Shown: one piece after another, positions 56,715 through 64,000 of the stretch
How the letters are laid out: every line of letters begins with the position of its first letter
Position numbering within the stretch: the stretch's first letter is position 1
NCBI GenBank assembly: GCA_964016885.1
Contig: OZ024743.1
Location: forward strand, 46,996,001 to 47,060,000
Direction of reading: 5' to 3'
Source: Eledone cirrhosa
Taxonomy: Eukaryota
Length of the DNA stretch: 64,000 nucleotides
Position numbers and translations under genes: made by a program
Notes under the pieces: generated by a model
Database searches by the model: none
What the model saw: only the letters and a program-made list of their open reading frames with translations
Told to the model about the DNA's origin: nothing

Positions 56715-58272
56715 TAGTAATAAAGTCCAGTCCTGTTTTTTGGAACACTTCAAAAGGCATGCTTGCTGGGAACAGCAAGAACCCTCCAATACATCCTGAA
56801 TATCTGAGGCTGCAGGTAACGGCTTGATATTCATTTCAACAAACTTTCCAGTTAAATAACATCAATGACTGAGACTCAAAGAAGAATAATAATAATGCCT
56901 TTATGGCGCCATCTGTGTGATGATAGTAAAATGTGTATATTATCAAATTTTGTCTCAGGTGTCAGGTTGACACTTGGAATGGTTTGGGAAAGAAGCAGAA
57001 TTCAAAAGAAAGTCTTAAATAAAAATAATAATAGTAGTAGTAGTAGTAATAATAGCAGTAGTAGTAATAGTAATAATAATAATGATATGTTTATTGGCCA
57101 CTAGGGTCTACATAGAGGAACAATAATAATAGAATAATTTGTAAATATGTAAGATAATATATTTTTGTCTTAAGAAATGATGTACTTTTCTTGTTCTTCC
57201 AGATATACTAACCGGAATGTTATTTTAAAAAAAAAGGGTTTAATCTTCATAACTATTTCACTTAAAGTAGATCTGAACATTTATGTTGTGTCGTAAAATA
57301 TTTGTTTTTATGAATATAAAATATAGAATTGGTAGATGAATAGTGCACTGCTCCTGTGTATTAAGAATATTAACCTTTACATTGCTGTGTTTCTAATGAA
57401 AAATGCTGCCTGCAATTTAAAAATAATTTTGAAAATAATAACGAATTCGAAGGAATTTAGTAATCTAACTAACTTTCTCATTATTAAACTCTTATTTAAA
57501 ACTATGATGGAAAATATAAACACTTTAAAACAAATAGTTTAGTATGACAGGACTGTGGGTGGTTTTGTGTATTAAAAGGGTTAAGAGTATTCTATACAGT
57601 AAGCAGTGATGATTTTTCTCTTCAGATATGAAAATATATCTGACATATTTCCTTGCTATAGTTATGTCTCTATATGTCTGAGTTCAAATCCCACCAAGGT
57701 CAACTTCATTTTTCATTTTCCAAAACATCATAGTCAGTTAACTCTAGCAACATATTCTAGAGAAACACAAAATAATACTATGACTGCATCACATTAAAAA
57801 GTAAGGTTTTGACTCTAATACTGTAAACTTTCATAAATATCTGTCCATTAGTAAAGATACTATAAACATTTGAATTAATAAACTTCTTTCTAGATATTCT
57901 AAATATATTCTTAAAGATGTACCAGAAAAGTACTCACTCAATTAAATCACCTATACCCCATATTTTTTGTCTTACAAAACAATCTGTAGCCTTGTGCTTG
58001 TGTTAGAAATCATCATTAATGAAAAAAAAAAGGTCTTGGGCCAATGTAAGGAATTTTTCTCAGAATCGGTAGAGCGTCGGACACCATGCTTTGTGGCATA
58101 GAGTTACGGCTCTTTACGTTCTGAGTTCAAATCCTGCCTAGGTTAGCTTTGCCTTTCATCTTTACAAGGTCGATAAAATAAAGCCCCAGTAATGTACTGA
58201 GGTCAATTTAATTGACTTTCCCTTCCCCTTAAAATTGCTGGCCTCATGCCTAAATCAGAAACCATTATTATC

Positions 58273-58470
58273 AGGGCGGTGAATTGGCAGTATCGGTAGA
58301 GGGTCGGACGCCATGCTTTCCAGCATAGTTACGTCCCTTTACGGTCTGAGTTCAAATCCCGTCAAGGTTAACTTTGCCTTTCATCCTTACGGGATCGATA
58401 AAATAAAGTACCAGTAATGCACTGGGTAATTGCTGCCCTTGCGCCAAAAGTAGAAACAATTATTATCATT
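58273..58470 (+). mobile_element. tRNA-derived SINE family 1 (about 200 bp). Other copies near 1835, 4211, 12050, 12510, 17265, 17935, 18541, 19175, 29160, 30650, 30866, 31820, 34185, 34825, 42472, 58055, 58474
   Basis: A box tggcagtatcgg, B box gagttcaaatcc, conserved core gcctttcatccttacggggtcgataaaataaagtaccag (Nin/Deu-like domain, from recall), and an (ATT)n tail. Confidence 0.85.
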
Positions 58471-59639
58471 ATTAGGGCAGTGAATTTGCAGAATCATTAT
58501 AGTGTTGAAATCATTATAGCTTTGTGGTATTTATTCTGACTCTTTATGTTCTGAGTTCAAATCCCTCTGGCGTAAACTTTAGATTTTATTCTTCTGTGGT
58601 TGATAAAAATAAAGTTCCAGTCTAATACTGGAGTTGATTTCTAGGACTTTCTCCCTCCCACAAAATTACTGAGTTTGTGATTACATTAGAAATCATTATT
58701 ATTATTGTCAAAAATGAATTATTTTGATAATAATAATAAAATAAGGTTTATACTTAGATAATTCTATAATCAACAAAATTAATAAATGGAAAGTAAGATA
58801 ATTGTGCAATATTTAAATGTTTGATTGTTCTCATAATTTGCCTAATCCCTTCACAAGCCATTGATAATAATTCTGGTAATAGAAATATTCATTTAATCTG
58901 AAGTAGTTCATAACATTTAAACTTAGCATTGTAAACTATCACAACTGTACCTCCCCACATCTACTAACAAGTAGATGATATTTTGGGGGTTTTAGTGTCC
59001 TGTGTCTATTGATGGTGTTTTTGAGGTTTAATTGCCCAGTAGTATTGACAGGTAGATAATGTTATTCAGGTTTAAGTGTGTTTATGAAGAACACAGTGCA
59101 GTTACAATGCGAAAAAAAAAAAAAAAAATGAAGTGTTGATCCTACGATCACCAGGTCAAGCCAGGTCTGGTGTTAAAAAATATTGTGAGCTCCTACAAGG
59201 ATATTTGATTTTAATATGAATATACATAGTAGTATAGTTTATATGAGAAACTGTGAAATATGTGGTTAGAGTTGTTCTGGCAAAGTTGGTACAACACAAG
59301 TTAGAAATGAAAGTGTGAAAAAGATAGTAAAACAAAACAAATCAACAGTTTACAGTTTTACCTTATATTTCACGATATTTTAGGTTAAGGATCTATCCTT
59401 TAAAAGAGAGCAAGTTGAGTGTGATGGTGAGTTGAACTCTTCTAGCATACAATTGTTGAACATTTAGCTGAATGTGTATTTTTAGGAATAACTTGTCGAG
59501 AAGGACTTTGTTTGCTACTAAAGATTTTCTTTTCTTTGTAAAGAAAGCAGCTCACCTAACATGTTAAGAGATCTAAATTCCATATTTTCTTCTTATTATA
59601 ATAATAAAAAAGGACAGATATGAATAGTAGAATATACGG

Positions 59640-60020
59640 TTTTCTGGCTACATGCTGGTATATCACCACTGTCTTTTTCAAACTCATCCCACATTTCTGA
59701 GAGGCAATCAATCAGAAGTTGTAGGTCTTCTTCTGTGTGGCTAACAAGATCACAGTTGCTGTATAAAGATTATGTATCAGTGCAATATATGTTTTTGATG
59801 CAGCAAGGAATTGCCAGATTTTAAAGAACCTTCCTCCTGTTTGATATAATATATATATACCAACATCGGTGTTGGTGAATGCTTTTAACAAAACAACTGC
59901 AAAGAAGGTGGCAAACAAAATCAGAGCAAGCAGGTCACCCTGTTTCAACTGAGAAAGGTTCTAGAAGCTCACCATTGACACAAACGCACGCTTTCATGTC
60001 AGCATGCAATGAACATATAA
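59640..60020 (-). mobile_element. Degraded RTE (BovB-like) RT fragment
   Basis: ORF 59712-59948 [11 protein letters not shown] resembles the RT motif QGxxLAPxLF. Confidence 0.6.
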
Positions 60021-60031
60021 GCCTCGTAAAC

Positions 60032-60076
<45 letters not shown>

Positions 60077-60079
60077 CAT

Positions 60080-60151
<72 letters not shown>

Positions 60152-60192
60152 GAAGTAATTATATATATATATATATATATATATAAATGAAG

Positions 60193-60252
<60 letters not shown>

Positions 60253-60255
<3 letters not shown>

Positions 60256-60587
60256 AGGCACATGGCTTAGTGGTTAGACCATTGGGCTTGCAATCGAAAG
60301 GTTGTGAGTTCAATTCTCAGACCGGGTGATGTGTTGTTTCCTTGAGCAAGACACTTTATTTCACATTGCTCCAGTTTACTCAGCTGTAGAAATGAGATGA
60401 TAGGGACTGGAGTACCTATCATTCCACTGCAAAGTGGTCATGGAGGTGCCACAGCAAAAAGCACCCAGTACTCACTGTAAATGAGGTTGGTGTTAGGAAG
60501 GGCATCCAGCTGTAGAAATCAAGCCAGAATCAGTTCCCGTCCCACCCTTGCAAGCAAGGAAAAGCGGACGTAAAATGATGATGATGA
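60253..60587 (+). mobile_element. SINE family 2
   Basis: Matches 20152-20548. Confidence 0.85.
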
Positions 60588-60812
60588 TATATATATATAT
60601 ATATATATGTGTATGTATATATATATATATATGTATATATGTATATATATATATATATGTATATATATGTATATATAAATATATAAATATATATATATAT
60701 ATATATTTATATATACATATATATACATACATATATATATATATATATACATACATAATAGAATGTTTTAGTTTGAAGCATTGTGTATAGTGTATATATA
60801 TATATATATATA

Positions 60813-60848
<36 letters not shown>

Positions 60849-62393
60849 TATATATATATATATATATATACCCAACCCATACCAGTATGGAAAACCGGAT
60901 GGTAAATGATGATGATGATAATATATATTATATGTAGTATATATATATACATATATATATATATAGTATTGCCAAAGTAGTTTACAAGTATTTTGATAAT
61001 TTGAAGATAATTTTGAAAAGTTAAAAGTTTATATATATATATATATATATTTAGTGAGATTTTTCCTGAAATGTAAAATTCTTACATCATTTACACTTGT
61101 TAATGATGGGTGAGTTAACGTGAATTGTAATAACTCCGGAAGTTCTGTTTATAGTGTTATCTAGTTTGGTGATCATCTTTATAGAATGCAAGTTATCTCT
61201 TCCCCAGAGTCACCTTTGCCATTCATCGTTTCTGGGGATGTTAAAATACAGTAAAATACTGGTATTGATGTGACTACATCACTTTACAATGTTGGCGTTG
61301 CACCTAATCAAAGAAAATCTGCATTTAGAATTTGACATGTTTAATAATAAATCTTAATCAAATATTTTACTCCATATCTCATCCTTTATTCTTACCAAGA
61401 AAAATACTTTATTTCAACAAGATGGCAAATTGACTGAGTTGTTAAAATGCCAGATTAAATACTTGGCTAGGAGCTGCAACCAGCAGATAGTATCAGCAAT
61501 GGAATCACCATTGTTAGGAGCTGCAACCAGCTGATAGCAATGGAATCACCATTGGTCCAATTTGACATTTATCTCTTTTCCTTTTTTTAATGTGGATTTT
61601 ATGATAATTTATTAAATAAAACATTACTACACCTTTTCTTACAAGATATACAAATCCTCATTTTGTAAAACCACATTCTAACTAGATTATTGCTGTATAG
61701 AACATGCTTCTTCAAAATTAACAGGATTTCATTGAGTTATCGATATAGACTTCATGATGAATTATTGGGTGAAGGAAAATATAAGTCCAGAAAAAAGTCA
61801 TACATTTGTCTAGGAAAAAAGTCACTGGACAGAGTCACACTTTATTTAAATACCATACAAGAAAAAAAAATTATTTTAAAAGGTGGAAACATATCTACAA
61901 AAAAAATCAAAACAAAAAAGAAAACTCACTGAAAACAGTTAATTTCTTATTAAGGTTAGGGTTAGGGCTAGGATTGAGTTTGTATATAAATGTGTGTCTG
62001 TGTGTATATACATACATAAATACATACATACATATACACATCACATGCATATGTGTGTGTGTATATGTATATATGTATATATGTATGTATACTGTGTCTG
62101 TATTATGACTTTTTCTCCTGTGACTTTTTCTTCCAGGATTTGAATAATGAAGTTACTTTATATCTACATTGTGATAGAATAGAAAAAAATAATAAAAAAT
62201 ATTAATTCCATGATCCATAAACATATTTCACTTTAATCAATTGTATTTCAATTGTTTTCTTTTACATTTGAGGTTGTTTGTTTGAATAAATGTTATTCTT
62301 AAACTTCATATATTTGTTTGTACTTATTATTCCTCACATATTTACTAAATTTCCAATGTTTTACATATTTTTGTATGCTTGCATGGTTTAGAT

Positions 62394-62426
<33 letters not shown>

Positions 62427-62572
62427 CATACATCTGTAGTGCTTCAGTAAAATGCACCCAGTATATTCTATAAAGTGGTAGTGTTGATGCTACAATAAAA
62501 GGCACCTGCTACACTCTGCAAAGTGTTTGGGGTTGAAAAGGGCATTCAGCTGTAGAAACTATGCCCAAACAT

Positions 62573-62830
62573 AATAATGATAATAATGAAATTATTGTGT
62601 ACAGTGCTCAGGTGCACTACAACTCATCAAAGGTGCATGTAAAGTACATAGAATAATATACAAATGTCAAGGAAGTGAATAGTGTATGAGTCATGATATA
62701 CATGTGTGTATGTGTATGGAGGGGGAATATTAGGTGTAGTGTGGCGAATCTCAAGCATGGAGGTTTTAAAGGATGCAGTGTCTCGACAGCTAATAACTGA
62801 TGCAGGGAGTTTGTTCAGCAACTCTGAGCA
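62573..62830 (-). mobile_element. CR1-clade LINE 3' end
   Basis: Same family as 12893-13212. Confidence 0.8.
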
Positions 62831-63199
62831 TGCATAGCAAGAAAGTGTACTAGCAGGACTTAGTTACCTGATCAATTTGGCTTCAGCATGTGACAGCTGC
62901 CTAACCCATGGAAAATAGATGGTAAAATGTGATGATGAGGATGATGATAATGGGAAGGACATGGTCAGATCCAGTTGCTTTGTTGTATTGGATATTGACA
63001 GAATCAAATCTAAATTGTACTATTATCCATCTTAACACTATCCCACATCAACTGTGAGAAGATCACTGCCAGCTTTTAACAAGGGCTAGATATAGTTATT
63101 GCACCTTGACAGCATCTATCTGTTGTAAGTCCAGCAATTGTCATCACATATCAGCTCTGATGTCTGGCAACTGACTTGGTAAACACCCACAAAATTATT

Positions 63200-63575
63200 A
63201 ACCATCTTGCCAACAACAACCCTGAGTACCTTTTTGACTAACACACGTGGGCATGCCTACAAAGTCAGAAAACAGCACAGCTCCCATGACTTTCAGAAAC
63301 ATTTTTTCACGCTCAGAGTTGCTGTAGCATGGAACAAACTCCCTGCATCAGTTATTAGCATCGAGACACTGCATCCTTTAAAACCTCCATGCTTCCTGAG
63401 ATTCGCCAATACTGCACCTGATGTCCCCTCTCCATACACATACACACATGTATATCATGACTCATACACTATTCACTTCCCTGACATTTGTATATTATTC
63501 TATGTACCTATGCACCTTTGATGAGTTGTAGTGCACCTGAGCACTGTACACAATAATTTTATTATTATTTATTAT
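63200..63575 (+). mobile_element. CR1-clade LINE 3' end
   Basis: TRGHAYKVRK...FFTLRVAVAWNKLP. Confidence 0.82.
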
Positions 63576-64000
63576 ATTTATCACCCTAATATCCCATTTG
63601 TCTCTCTTCTAAGCGTTGACCATGATAAGATACTAAAGTTTAAACCTTGAATGATATCCTATTGCAGTCTGTAAGATGGTGTCTGGAATAATAATGCTCT
63701 GCACATGTTAATAGTTGAAGCAAGCCCAGCTCTACCTTTAGGCCAGGCTTTCACCTAGTGTGCACACTTCTGTGGGGACACAGTTTTATACAAATTTGTA
63801 TAAATAGAATTTTTTTTCAACACACTGATGTGTTTGTGTATATGTGTGTGTGTGTGTGTATGAGTATATGCATGCATTTATATGTATCAATATATAAATA
63901 TAAGCGCACAAACACAGACACACTTACAAAAATACACTCACACATACATTCACACAAATACGCATACATTCACACAAACACACACATACATACACTCACA

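Noticed and set aside
58273-58345. tRNA genes
   Set aside because: The A and B boxes belong to SINE heads; no complete cloverleaf was seen.
61950-61975. Telomere-like ttaggg repeats
   Set aside because: Only two or three units inside a probable small transposon remnant with aaaaagtca/tgacttttt subterminal repeats; not a telomeric array.

Overview
This is AT-rich, microsatellite-laden eukaryotic DNA. The repeat content suggests a cephalopod such as Octopus, which is an inference. The window holds one plus-strand host gene, a voltage-gated proton channel (Hv/HVCN1 family). I reconstructed it by hand from 11 GT-AG exons between 8320 and 56551 (about 644 codons; the N-terminus appears to lie upstream of the window). 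It has the S1 selectivity Asp and the S4 [10 protein letters not shown] motif, plus two unusual parts: a roughly 115-aa His-rich extracellular S1-S2 loop and a roughly 400-aa C-terminus that includes four symmetric phase-1 microexons. The introns are packed with RTE LINEs carrying a PHD finger, two tRNA-SINE families, CR1 tails, Helitrons, piggyBac- and mariner-type MITEs, a hAT fragment, a Penelope-like element and minisatellites. The main hidden signal is about 13 minimal type I hammerhead-ribozyme motifs from several unrelated repeat families, on both strands. Most have a palindromic stem III, some have core variants (U3-A8, U4C, U4A), and many sit in fold-back inverted duplications. One lies at the 3' end of the Penelope element, and two form a retrozyme-like tandem 454 nt apart. 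All calls are by eye; no database search or folding computation was run.
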